Shown here: positions 54,709 to 64,000 of the stretch, in pieces | Layout: each line of letters starts with the position of its first letter | Numbering within the stretch: the stretch's first letter is position 1 | DNA from: Candidatus Pampinifervens sinense | GTDB lineage: Bacteria > Aquificota > Aquificia > Aquificales > Aquificaceae | Reading direction: 5' to 3' | Length of the DNA: 64,000 bases | Assembly: GCA_037927135.1 (NCBI GenBank) | Contig: JAXSPP010000004.1 | Span: 32,001 to 96,000 of the forward strand | Made by a program: the position numbers and the translations under genes | Notes under the pieces: model-generated | The model's database searches: none | Seen by the model: only the letters and a program-made list of their open reading frames with translations | What the model was told of the DNA's origin: nothing

Positions 54709-56687
54709 GTAGGGACCAGCTTCTTATAAACACCATAAGGTTTTTAAGCGTGGACCAGGTGGAAAGGGCAAAGTCTGGACATCCGGGCATGCCCCTGGGC
54801 GCAAGCCACATAGCCTACCTTATCTTTGATAGGTTTTTACGCTTTAATCCTAAAAACCCCAAGTGGATAAACAGGGACAGGTTTGTGCTCTCTGCGGGCC
54901 ATGCCAGCGCCATGCTCTATTCTCTCCTCTTTGTGATGGGCTATGATCTGGACCTTGAGGACCTCAAAAACTTCAGACAGCTTGGAAGCAGAACACCTGG
55001 ACATCCAGAAAGTTTTTTAACACCTGGAGTGGAAGCCACCACAGGGCCCCTTGGCCAAGGCATAGGCAATGCAGTAGGCATGGCCTTGGCAGAAAAGTAC
55101 CTTTCCTCTTACTTTAACAGGGAAGGCTTTCCCATCATAGACCACTACACCTTTGCCCTTGTGAGCGACGGAGACCTTATGGAAGGAGTCTCCTGCGAAG
55201 TGGCCCAGCTGGCGAGCCACTGGAAGCTAAATAAACTCATAGTAATATGGGACAACAACAAGGTTTCCATAGACGGCCCCACTTCCTTGGCATGGTCTGA
55301 GGATGTGTTGGGAAGGTTTTCAGCCTTTGGCTGGTATGTACAGCATATAGAGGATGGATACAACCTGGAAGAGATAGAAAGGGCCATAAAAAGGGCCATG
55401 GAGCAAAAAGATAGGCCTTCCTTTATATCAATAAGGACACATCTGGGCTATGGTTCTCCAAAGCAGGATGATGCTAGCGTGCATGGCGCACCCTTAGGAA
55501 GGGACCTTGCCCTGCAGACAAAGAGAAACTTTGGCTGGCCTGAAGAGGAGTTTTATGTGCCGGAGGAGGTGTGGAAGTACAGAGAAGAAAAGATAAAGAG
55601 AGGAAAGGAATTAGAAGAAGAGTGGAACAGGCTCTTTGAAGCCTACAGGGAAAAGTACCCTGATCTGGCGGACATGCTTTTGAAATACTTTAACAAGGAC
55701 TGGGGAGAGGAGTACAAAAAGCATATTCCTACCTTTAGTGAGCCTATGGCCACGCGCCAAGCCAGTGGAAAGGTGCTAAACGCCATAGCCAAGCACATAC
55801 CCGTCCTCTTTGGTGGCTCTGCCGACCTTTCTGAGTCCAACAACACCTACCTGCACGGTATGGGAGAATTTTCCGCAGAGAACCCCCTTGGAAGGAACAT
55901 ACACTTTGGAGTAAGAGAGCATGCCATGGGCACCATCCTAAACGGCATGGCCTACCATGGGGGCATACTTCCTTACGGTGGCACCTTCTTGGTTTTCTCC
56001 GACTATATGAGGCCTTCCATAAGGCTTGCCAGCATGGCAGGCCTTCAGGTCATATACGTCTTTACCCATGACTCCATAGGCCTTGGAGAGGATGGGCCAA
56101 CCCACCAGCCTGTGGAACAGCTAAGCTCTTTGAGGCTCATACCAAACCTTTGGGTCATAAGGCCGGCGGATGCCAACGAAACTGCCGTAGCCTGGCAGAT
56201 GGCCATAGAAAGAAAGGATGGTCCTACAGCCCTCATACTCACAAGGCAAAAGCTACCTCTCATAGACAGGTCTAAATACCCATCGGCGGAAGGCATAAGG
56301 AGAGGCGCTTATATACTTCTTGACTGCGAAGGAACACCAGACCTTATCATCCTTGCCAGCGGCTCTGAGGTACACCCTGCCCTAAAGGCCGGAGAGCTTT
56401 TAAAGGAGGAAGGTATAAGGGTAAGGGTGGTGAATATGGCAAGCTTTGAAGTCTTTGAAGGCCAAGAGGAAGGCTACAAAAGGCATGTGCTCCCGCCGGA
56501 GGTAAAAAGGAGGGTGGCTGTAGAGGCGGGAAGGGGCCTCTGTTGGTATAAATATGTAGGGCTTGAGGGCCTTGTTATAAGTTTGGAGACCTTTGGCAAG
56601 TCTGCACCGGGTGAAGTGCTCATGCAACATTTTGGCTTTAGCCCAGAGTCTATCGTTAAAAAGATAAAAGAACACTATTCCTTTTAA
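54705..56687 (+). CDS. tkt: Transketolase
   Basis: [30 protein letters not shown] 54705 overlaps the metE stop (ATGA). Confidence 0.97.
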   Translation: MSRDQLLINTIRFLSVDQVERAKSGHPGMPLGASHIAYLIFDRFLRFNPKNPKWINRDRFVLSAGHASAMLYSLLFVMGYDLDLEDLKNFRQLGSRTPGHPESFLTPGVEATTGPLGQGIGNAVGMALAEKYLSSYFNREGFPIIDHYTFALVSDGDLMEGVSCEVAQLASHWKLNKLIVIWDNNKVSIDGPTSLAWSEDVLGRFSAFGWYVQHIEDGYNLEEIERAIKRAMEQKDRPSFISIRTHLGYGSPKQDDASVHGAPLGRDLALQTKRNFGWPEEEFYVPEEVWKYREEKIKRGKELEEEWNRLFEAYREKYPDLADMLLKYFNKDWGEEYKKHIPTFSEPMATRQASGKVLNAIAKHIPVLFGGSADLSESNNTYLHGMGEFSAENPLGRNIHFGVREHAMGTILNGMAYHGGILPYGGTFLVFSDYMRPSIRLASMAGLQVIYVFTHDSIGLGEDGPTHQPVEQLSSLRLIPNLWVIRPADANETAVAWQMAIERKDGPTALILTRQKLPLIDRSKYPSAEGIRRGAYILLDCEGTPDLIILASGSEVHPALKAGELLKEEGIRVRVVNMASFEVFEGQEEGYKRHVLPPEVKRRVAVEAGRGLCWYKYVGLEGLVISLETFGKSAPGEVLMQHFGFSPESIVKKIKEHYSF

Positions 56688-56708
56688 AAAAAGCCCCCGG
56701 CGGGGGCT
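56686..56708 (-). terminator. Intrinsic terminator for the protease locus
   Basis: AGCCCCC-GCC-GGGGGCT followed by a T-run on the minus strand. Confidence 0.75.
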
Positions 56709-56714
56709 AAAGGT

Positions 56715-58586
56715 TTATTTTTTGAAGGTCCTTCTAAGAGCTATAAGTATTGGTGGCAAGAGCCAGAGGAGGACATTGAAAGGATTGGAACCTGTAGCCA
56801 TAGAGCATCCACCACCTCCACCAGAGGAGGAGCTACTTACAGAGAAGTTGAAGATGGCATAACAGCTTTTGTCCGAATCCATACTTATGGTGCATTGGGA
56901 ACTCATTCCACAAGACTGACAATCACCGCCCCAACCGCCAAAGGTGGAGCCGGTGTCTGGTGTGGCAGTAAGGGTGACAGAAGTGTTTGGATCAAAGTTT
57001 GCAGAACATATGGTGCCACAGTTTATGCCAGCTGGATCGCTTGTTATAGTGCCAGTGCCGGTGCCAGATTTGCTAACAGTGAGCTTATACTGAAAGATGG
57101 CTACACAGGTTTTGTCTGCATTCATAACTACGTTGCATGTGGGATTATTTCCACAGCTTGAACAATCTCTGTCCCATCCTACAAAAGTAGAGCTTGGTTT
57201 GGCATTAAGAGTAGCAGTGCTATTGGTGTTGTAAACACCCACATTACCATCCACAGTGCCATTTCCGTTTATAAGCACGCGCAAAAAGTAAAAAGTTCCC
57301 GGCTGACAATCACTAATCGTTAAAGCCTTAGAGGCGTTTATCCTTCCACCAGTTATGGTCTTTCCATTGAGGGAAGAAAGAGGATCCACACCCTTCATTA
57401 TCCTACACTTTAGCTTTCTCCATGTATAATTTGGGTTTTGAGCCTTCAAAAGGGCTGCAAGGCCCGCCACATGAGGAGAGGCCATGGAGGTGCCATCAGA
57501 ATAATCATAAACATTTCCAGGCACAGTACTAAAAATATCCACTCCTGGCGCTCCCACATGGACAGAGTTCCTTCCATAATTGGAAAAGCTTGCCAAAAGG
57601 TCGTTTTTATCTGTTGCAGCAACGGAGATTATATTTTCCAAATCATAAGAAGCTGGATATAAAGGAATAAGGTCGTTGTCATTAGCTTCATTCCCAGCCG
57701 CAGCAACAAAGAGTATGCCTGCATTCTTTGCGCTTGCTATGGCATCCCTTAAAGCTTGGCTATAGCCGTAGCCTCCCCAGCTTGCGTTTATGATGTGAGC
57801 ACCCTTCTGTATGGCGTAGTTGATGCAGTCTATGGCATCTGAGGTGGTGCCTGAGCCATCGCCACCCATAAACTTAAGCGCCATTATTTTAACTTGCCAA
57901 TTTACACCCACTACACCAACGCCATTATTACCCACCGCACCGATGGTTCCAGCCACATGTGTCCCATGCCCGTTGTCATCCATAGGGTCGTTTGGATTGG
58001 GCGCACCTGTAATACAGTTTTTGCCATAATATCCAGTGGCAGGATCCTTCCACATATTATCCTTTAGATCCGGATGGTTATAGTCCACTCCAGTGTCTAT
58101 CACAGCCACCACCACACTTTGACTTCCTGTGGTAATGTCCCATGCCGATGGAGCCTGTATTTTTACAAGGCCCCAAAGGTTATTCCACAGTGGGTCGTTT
58201 GGTATTGTAGCTCTTATGGTGTATATGTAGTCTGGTTCTGCGTATTCTACATCGGGCCTTTTTCTTAGCTCCGCAATAGCTTCATGGGGAGTCTTATCTT
58301 TTGGCAACTTAAACACGTAAATGTTTAGGTTTTTAAACTCCTTTATGCTTTGAAGCCCATACTGACTTTTAACTTCTGAAAGGGCTTGCAATCTAAACTG
58401 ACATCCTTTGAACTTTACTATCACCCTATCTAAGGCATATCTTGGCGCTGGCGTGTATTGAGGTCCGAAAGATGTAGATCTATTAGTCTGCGCTTTGCTA
58501 ATTTGACTACCTTGAGAGCTAAAAAGTGTTCCCAAAATTACAGCAAAAAGCCATAATAAAAGTTTTGATGTGATTCTAATCTTCAT
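56715..58586 (-). CDS. Secreted S8 subtilase with prodomain, two Cys-rich beta-repeat domains and a C-terminal sorting signal
   Basis: Catalytic motifs IDTG, HGTHVAG, AAGN, GTSMASPH; repeats ...F.GW..DC..C....C...M..DK.C.AIF; tail SSSSSGGGGGCSM-hydrophobic-RRTFKK. Confidence 0.92.
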   Translation of the reverse strand: MKIRITSKLLLWLFAVILGTLFSSQGSQISKAQTNRSTSFGPQYTPAPRYALDRVIVKFKGCQFRLQALSEVKSQYGLQSIKEFKNLNIYVFKLPKDKTPHEAIAELRKRPDVEYAEPDYIYTIRATIPNDPLWNNLWGLVKIQAPSAWDITTGSQSVVVAVIDTGVDYNHPDLKDNMWKDPATGYYGKNCITGAPNPNDPMDDNGHGTHVAGTIGAVGNNGVGVVGVNWQVKIMALKFMGGDGSGTTSDAIDCINYAIQKGAHIINASWGGYGYSQALRDAIASAKNAGILFVAAAGNEANDNDLIPLYPASYDLENIISVAATDKNDLLASFSNYGRNSVHVGAPGVDIFSTVPGNVYDYSDGTSMASPHVAGLAALLKAQNPNYTWRKLKCRIMKGVDPLSSLNGKTITGGRINASKALTISDCQPGTFYFLRVLINGNGTVDGNVGVYNTNSTATLNAKPSSTFVGWDRDCSSCGNNPTCNVVMNADKTCVAIFQYKLTVSKSGTGTGTITSDPAGINCGTICSANFDPNTSVTLTATPDTGSTFGGWGGDCQSCGMSSQCTISMDSDKSCYAIFNFSVSSSSSGGGGGCSMATGSNPFNVLLWLLPPILIALRRTFKK

Positions 58587-58597
58587 AACCTACTTCC

Positions 58598-58924
58598 CTA
58601 CTGTATTTTGTAAATTCTATCTGGTTCTACATACTCAATCTCTTTTCTTTCAGATAGTCTCTTTATCAGCTCTTCCTGCGATGCTCTTTTTGGTGCTTCC
58701 ACCACATACATGTTTAGGTCCTCAATAACCTTTACAAGCCTTAGTCCATACTGGTTTATTATTTCCTTCCTCTTTTCTTCTGGCACGTCCTTCTTAAACT
58801 TTATTATCAGCCTTTGAGAAGTCTTCATAGGTACTTCTTCGGTGTTTACAGGTCTGCTTGTGGCACAGCCTTGGTTAAAAAGGGCAAAGCCAAAAAAAAG
58901 GGCTAAAAGCAAGCTTTTAAACAT
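58598..58924 (-). CDS. Putative lipoprotein consisting only of a subtilase propeptide (I9-like) domain
   Basis: Hydrophobic signal ending NQG-C20; domain aligns with the prodomain of the adjacent protease; ATG follows AGGAGG. Confidence 0.8.
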   Translation of the reverse strand: MFKSLLLALFFGFALFNQGCATSRPVNTEEVPMKTSQRLIIKFKKDVPEEKRKEIINQYGLRLVKVIEDLNMYVVEAPKRASQEELIKRLSERKEIEYVEPDRIYKIQ

Positions 58925-58926
58925 GA

Positions 58927-59445
58927 TCACCTCCTTCCATACCTTCCCATAGTTTGCCCTTGTCCTATTATATGTCCCTGCATCTTGCTTTCCACCTCCC
59001 TCCTTGTGGCACCGGGCTTTAGACCTAAGCTTTCCACATCAAGGGCATAAACCTTTATGTAATATCTATGAGTATGCCCACGAGGAGGACAAGGACCACC
59101 ATAGCCCACACGGCCAAAATCGTTAATACCTTGTTTTATACTTCCAACCTCACTCCTTTTGGGAAAGTTCTCCTGCAAACTTGTTTGGCTTGCTGGAATA
59201 TCATAAACTATCCAGTGGGTAAAGGTGCCAATGGGTGCATCTGGGTCATCCATGATAAGCACAAAGGACTTGGTATTGCTTGGCTGTCCAGACCATTTAA
59301 CTTGAGGAGAAACATCCTCCCCATCACAAGTATATTTGCGAGGTATATCTTGACCCTCTTTGAAAGGAGCTTCTACCTTCATGGCTTCCCTCCCAAGGCT
59401 GTAATTGATAAAAAGCAAAATAATAGCAAACAATACCTTTTTCAA
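58927..59445 (-). CDS. YbhB/YbcL (PEBP family) protein with signal peptide
   Basis: YTCDG, DPDAP, FTHW, YGGPCPP, HRY; probable TTG start at 59445. Confidence 0.9.
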   Translation of the reverse strand: MKKVLFAIILLFINYSLGREAMKVEAPFKEGQDIPRKYTCDGEDVSPQVKWSGQPSNTKSFVLIMDDPDAPIGTFTHWIVYDIPASQTSLQENFPKRSEVGSIKQGINDFGRVGYGGPCPPRGHTHRYYIKVYALDVESLGLKPGATRREVESKMQGHIIGQGQTMGRYGRR

Positions 59446-59520
59446 GACCCCACCCTCCAAGGTTTATTATACATCATAATGGTCCTTTACTTACTGTGGC
59501 TGTAGTATAATCCTTTCTTT

Positions 59521-62520
59521 ATGAAGGATATAGGCCAATACGACCACAAGAAGGTGGAAGAAAAATACGCAAAGCTATGGGTAGAAAGGGTTTTGTATTC
59601 TGTAAAGGATACATCTGGAGAGAAGTTTTCTGTGGTTATCCCACCCCCTAATGTGACGGGTTCATTGCATATGGGCCATGCTTTGAATGCTACCCTTCAG
59701 GACATAATCTGTAGATGGCAGAGGATGCTGGGCAAGGAAGTGGTTTGGGTGCCGGGCTTTGACCATGCAGGTATTGCCACCCAGTATGTGGTAGACAGAC
59801 AGCTTCAAGAAAAGGGTATAAACAGGCTGGACCTTGGAAGGGAGGAGTTTTTAAAGAAGGTTTGGGAGTGGGTGCCCATATCAAGGAATGCCATAAGGGA
59901 ACAGCTTGAGAGGTTGGGAGTTAGCGTGGATTGGAAGAGGGAAAGATTTACCCTTGATGAGGGCTTTTCAAGGGCTGTAAGGTATGCCTTCAGAAGGCTT
60001 TATGAAGAGGGTCTTATATACCGTGGAGAGTATATGGTTAGCTGGTGTCCAAAGGACCTCACCGCCCTTTCGGACCTTGAGGTAGAACATGAAGAAGAGG
60101 AGGGGAAGCTTTACTACATACGCTATCCCCTTGAGGATGGCTCTGGGTATATAACCGTTGCCACCACAAGGCCGGAGACCATGCTGGGAGACACGGCTGT
60201 AGCCGTGCATCCGGAGGATGAAAGGTATAAAAGCCTTGTGGGCAAAAGGGTAAGGCTTCCCCTTGTGGAGTGGAAAAGGAAGGCTATGGATGGTTCAGAA
60301 GTGGAGCCAATTATCCCCATAATAGCGGATGAGAGGGTGAAGCCAGAGTTTGGAACGGGTGCGGTAAAGATCACGCCAGCCCATGACCCATTGGATTTTG
60401 AGATAGGTAAAACCCATGGCCTTCCCTTTGTGCAGGTTATGGACCAGTTTGCCCGTATGAACCACAATGCAGGCCAGTTTGAAGGCCTTGACAGGTATGA
60501 GGCAAGGAAAAAGATAGTGGAAAGGCTTGAGGAGCTTGGCCTTCTTGAAAAGGTGGAAAGCCACAGGCATGCGGTAGGCAAATGCTACAGGTGTAAAACG
60601 GTGCTTGAGCCCTTTGTCTCTACCCAGTGGTTCCTAAAGGTTTCAGACCCGCGCATAAGGGACCAAGCCATAAGGGTGGTAAAGGAAGGCCTAATTAGGT
60701 TTATTCCAGAAAACTGGTCCAAGATATACCTTCAGTGGATGGAGAACCTAAAAGACTGGTGCATATCGCGCCAGATATGGTGGGGCCATAGAATACCCGT
60801 TTGGTACTGTGAAGACTGTGGCCACACAAATGTTTTTACCGATGAGGACTTTGATAGGGTCTATGACAAGCTAATCTTTAACCTTATAGCCGATGGCAAG
60901 ATAGGAGAGGAGTTCACTCCAGAGGAGGTGGCAGACCTTCTTAACTCTCCTTCCTTTGTGCATCCAGAGATGACCCTTCTGGACTTTTATAAGCACTTTG
61001 CCTTCCATAAATACCACTCTACGGAAGTGGATGCCAACTCTCTCAGGCTCTTCTTTACACAGGACTTAAACCCCATGGCCATACTCACAGAAAAGAAAAG
61101 TAGATACAGGTACAACCCGCAGAAGAAGACCTACCGCTTTGTCTTAAGGTGTAAAAAGTGTGGTTCAGAAAGGCTAAGGCAGGAGACGGATGTTTTGGAC
61201 ACTTGGTTCTCCTCTGCCCTTTGGCCCTTTGGAGTCTTTGGCTGGCCGGAGGCCACCCAAGACCTTCAAAAACTATATCCTACAGACCTTCTGGTTACAG
61301 GCTTTGACATCATCTTCTTCTGGGTTGCCCGTATGGTGATGATGGGCACCTTCTTTACAAAGGACATACCCTTTAAGGATGTCTATATCCATGCCCTCAT
61401 AAGGGATGAGAAGGGCCAAAAGATGTCAAAAACTAAGGGCAATGTGATAGACCCACTTGATATTGTGGAAAAGTATGGTGCGGACGCTTTGAGGTTTACC
61501 CTTGCCATACTCACACAGCAAGGAAGGGACATTAGACTATCGGAAAAACGCTTTGAGGGCTATAAGCACTTTGCCAACAAGCTTTGGAATGCGGGAAGGT
61601 TTATACTCCTTAACCTTGATGAGGACCTTCTTTACAACCTTCCCTATGGTGCCCCACCAAGGCCTGAGGACCTTTGGATAATAACAAAGCTAAACAGGAC
61701 CATAGAAAGGGTAAACAAGGCCCTTTCTGAGTATGAGTTTTCCGAGGCTGCAAGGGAGCTCTACGAGTTTATATGGAGTGAGTTCTGCGATTGGTATATA
61801 GAGTTTTCTAAGATAAGGCTCTATGCCAAGCCCCAATCGGAAGACCCAGAAGAGGAAAAGAGGATAAAGGCGGAGAGGATAAGCGCACAGGCTACCCTCC
61901 TTATGGTCTTTGAGAAAACCCTTAGGCTTTTGCACCCCTTTATGCCCTTTATAACAGAAGAGCTATGGCAAGCTTTGCCAACGGCCCATCAAGAGAGCAT
62001 TTCCTTAACTCAATACCCACAGTTTAATCCTCAAGAGATTTATGAAGAGGCGGAGAAGAAAGTGGAAAGGATAAAAGAGATCATTTCCTCCATCAGGTCC
62101 TTGAGGAGCGACCTTCGTATTGAGCCATCAAGGAGGATAAAGCTATACTACAGAGCGGAGGAGAGCAAAAGCCTTGTAGAAGAGTTTATGCCTCACATTC
62201 TCAGCCTTGCGAGGCTTGAAAGCCTTGAGGAAGTGGCAGAAAGGCCACCCAGATCTGTGGCGGGCTTTTCAAAGGACTTTGAGTTCTATGTGCTGGCAGA
62301 GGAAAACATAAACTTGGAAGAACTTATAAGCTCTTACTCAAGAAGGCTTGCAGAGGTGGAAAGGTCCATGGAGACCTTTGAGAAAAGGCTCAGCAATGAG
62401 AACTTCTTAAAGAAGGCACCGGAGGAGGAGGTCCAAAGGACAAAAGAAGCCCTTGAAGAACTAAAGGGAGAAAGGGAAAGGATTCAAAGGCTTTTGACCA
62501 TATTGCAAGAGGCAAGATAG
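59521..62520 (+). CDS. valS: Valine--tRNA ligase
   Basis: PPPNVTGSLHMGH, DWCISRQ, KMSKT, C-terminal coiled coil. Confidence 0.98.
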   Translation: MKDIGQYDHKKVEEKYAKLWVERVLYSVKDTSGEKFSVVIPPPNVTGSLHMGHALNATLQDIICRWQRMLGKEVVWVPGFDHAGIATQYVVDRQLQEKGINRLDLGREEFLKKVWEWVPISRNAIREQLERLGVSVDWKRERFTLDEGFSRAVRYAFRRLYEEGLIYRGEYMVSWCPKDLTALSDLEVEHEEEEGKLYYIRYPLEDGSGYITVATTRPETMLGDTAVAVHPEDERYKSLVGKRVRLPLVEWKRKAMDGSEVEPIIPIIADERVKPEFGTGAVKITPAHDPLDFEIGKTHGLPFVQVMDQFARMNHNAGQFEGLDRYEARKKIVERLEELGLLEKVESHRHAVGKCYRCKTVLEPFVSTQWFLKVSDPRIRDQAIRVVKEGLIRFIPENWSKIYLQWMENLKDWCISRQIWWGHRIPVWYCEDCGHTNVFTDEDFDRVYDKLIFNLIADGKIGEEFTPEEVADLLNSPSFVHPEMTLLDFYKHFAFHKYHSTEVDANSLRLFFTQDLNPMAILTEKKSRYRYNPQKKTYRFVLRCKKCGSERLRQETDVLDTWFSSALWPFGVFGWPEATQDLQKLYPTDLLVTGFDIIFFWVARMVMMGTFFTKDIPFKDVYIHALIRDEKGQKMSKTKGNVIDPLDIVEKYGADALRFTLAILTQQGRDIRLSEKRFEGYKHFANKLWNAGRFILLNLDEDLLYNLPYGAPPRPEDLWIITKLNRTIERVNKALSEYEFSEAARELYEFIWSEFCDWYIEFSKIRLYAKPQSEDPEEEKRIKAERISAQATLLMVFEKTLRLLHPFMPFITEELWQALPTAHQESISLTQYPQFNPQEIYEEAEKKVERIKEIISSIRSLRSDLRIEPSRRIKLYYRAEESKSLVEEFMPHILSLARLESLEEVAERPPRSVAGFSKDFEFYVLAEENINLEELISSYSRRLAEVERSMETFEKRLSNENFLKKAPEEEVQRTKEALEELKGERERIQRLLTILQEAR

Positions 62521-62521
62521 A

Positions 62522-62971
62522 CTACCTTTTCAAATCCTTTAGCTCCCTTGCGGCAGCATAGAGTATGGCTGTGGCCACAATCTCCGAGTCTACCCTCGCC
62601 ACCCCCTTCATCTTTGAAAGGCTCTTCTTTAAAGAGATGACCTCCAGCTCCATTATGAGTTGGTCCCCCGGATAAACTGGCCTTTTGAACCTTGCCTCAT
62701 CAATGCCTGCAAAGACTATGGCATACTTTCCTATCTCAAGCCCAAGAGACTTTATCATGAGGATGCCACCCACTTGTGCCATGGCCTCAAGGATGTAAAC
62801 GCCGGGCATGAGAGGGAATCCAGGAAAGTGCCCTTGGAAGACAGGTTCATTTACAGAAACATTTTTTAGCCCCACTATCCTTTTGCCCTCCTCCATCTCA
62901 AGGATTTTGTCCACCAAAAGGATAGGATACCTATGTGGAAGTATTTCCATTATTTCCCTTGCATCCAGCAT
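62522..62971 (-). CDS. fabZ: 3-hydroxyacyl-ACP dehydratase
   Basis: LPHRYP, GHFP, MPGV..EAMAQ. Confidence 0.97.
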   Translation of the reverse strand: MLDAREIMEILPHRYPILLVDKILEMEEGKRIVGLKNVSVNEPVFQGHFPGFPLMPGVYILEAMAQVGGILMIKSLGLEIGKYAIVFAGIDEARFKRPVYPGDQLIMELEVISLKKSLSKMKGVARVDSEIVATAILYAAARELKDLKR

Positions 62972-63015
62972 AGCTTAAAATTATACAAGGATTTGTCTCA
63001 ATTATTTTTTGCAAG

Positions 63016-64000
63016 TCAGCTCTTCCTTCCGAACTTTTCATATACCAAAGGAAGTATCAGCAAGGTGAGGGCTGTGGAAGTAAAGATGCCCCCTATAACC
63101 ACCACCGCCAAAGGTTTTTGAACCTCCGACCCTATGCCTTTAGAGAATAACATGGGCAAAAGGCCCAAGGATGCTGCCGTGGCTGTTATAAGGATGGGCC
63201 TTAGCCTTCTTGAGGCACCCAAAAGCACAGCCTCTTTGAGGCTATATCCATTTTCCAGCAAGGACCTCACATAAGATATTAAAACCACTCCGTTGAGTGT
63301 GGCTATGCCAAAGAGGGCTATAAAGCCCACCGCAGAAGGGACAGAAAGGTTATAACCGGATATATACAAGGAAAGCACGCCACCTATGGTGGCAAAGGGA
63401 ACGTTCAGGATAACTATGAGGGCATCCCTAAGGGAGTTATAGTTTAGATAAAGGAGTAGCAATATAAGAAGAACAGACAAAGGCACCACTATGGAAAGCC
63501 TCTTCATTGCCCTCTCTTGGTTTTCAAACTGCCCGCCAAAGCTTATAAAGTAGCCAGGTGGAAGCTTAACCTCTTTTGCTATCCTTTCCTTTATTTCCTT
63601 TACAAAGCCTCCCAGATCTCTGCCTTGAAGGTTGGATTGCACAAGGGCAAACCTCATGCCGTTCTCCCTCCTTATCTTTAAAAAACCTTCAGTTATCTCC
63701 ACATCCGCCACCTGTGAGAGGGTCAATATGTTGCCATCCTTTGTGATAAGGGGTAAGTTCTTTATGCTCTCTAGGTCCTTCTTCTCTAGACCCAAGACCA
63801 AGGGGAAGAGTATGGTGTCTTGCTGTATGTAGCCTACTTCCCTTCCTCCCAAGGCATAGGCCACCAAGTTCATAAGCTCTGCGGTGGTCAGGTTGTACCT
63901 TTTTAACACCTCCATCTTTGGCACTATCCTTAGTTGTAGCTTTCCAGACTGGGCTTCCGTTTCCACATCCACAGCACCCTTTACACCCTTTACTATCTCC
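63016..64000 (-). CDS. CzcA/CusA-family heavy-metal RND efflux permease (3' part; start lies beyond the window)
   Basis: GGQFEN, VGFIALFGIATLNG, RLRPILITA, GSEVQKPLA. Confidence 0.9.
   Translation of the reverse strand, partial: EIVKGVKGAVDVETEAQSGKLQLRIVPKMEVLKRYNLTTAELMNLVAYALGGREVGYIQQDTILFPLVLGLEKKDLESIKNLPLITKDGNILTLSQVADVEITEGFLKIRRENGMRFALVQSNLQGRDLGGFVKEIKERIAKEVKLPPGYFISFGGQFENQERAMKRLSIVVPLSVLLILLLLYLNYNSLRDALIVILNVPFATIGGVLSLYISGYNLSVPSAVGFIALFGIATLNGVVLISYVRSLLENGYSLKEAVLLGASRRLRPILITATAASLGLLPMLFSKGIGSEVQKPLAVVVIGGIFTSTALTLLILPLVYEKFGRKS

Noticed and set aside
1-64000. CRISPR arrays, IS elements, prophage or defence genes, rRNA, riboswitches
   Set aside because: No periodic repeat-spacer pattern, transposase/integrase motifs or long non-coding gaps seen; outside the tRNA genes the largest gap is about 140 nt. 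An Infernal/Rfam scan would be needed to exclude RNAs embedded in coding sequence.

Overview
Densely packed core-genome window from a thermophilic bacterium, most likely family Aquificaceae (Thermocrinis/Hydrogenobacter/Aquifex-like). This assignment is inferred from the NusG insertion domain, the extended S19, the RpoB/RpoC/ValRS inserts and DUF1122. Contents in order: murJ (partial); tRNA-Leu; a hemerythrin plus membrane-protein pair; lipA; a soxW-Y-Z-A-X-B-DUF302 thiosulfate-oxidation cluster without soxCD; tyrA/pyrC/CDF/radical-SAM genes; a ~24 kb plus-strand block (5 tRNAs-tuf-rpmG-tRNA-Trp-secE-nusG-rplKAJL-rpoBC-rpsLG-fusA-tuf-S10 genes to rpsQ); lptD; several housekeeping genes; a Roadblock-DUF4388-MglA-type GTPase module; rplM-rpsI-argC; cimA; dnaG; EAL-metE-tkt; a three-gene secreted protease locus; valS; fabZ; and a partial CzcA-type RND pump. 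I saw no CRISPR array, IS element or prophage. Most interesting observations: (1) an operon of a secreted PEBP, a stand-alone lipoprotein copy of the subtilase propeptide and a subtilase with a Cys-containing C-terminal sorting signal; (2) tRNA-Trp sharing its first base with the rpmG stop codon; (3) pervasive -10 boxes 6-9 nt before SD-less start codons, suggesting leaderless genes; (4) a perfect 18-bp operator-like palindrome ahead of the hemerythrin operon; (5) the MglAB-type G-protein module. Family assignments come from motif recognition by eye, not database searches.
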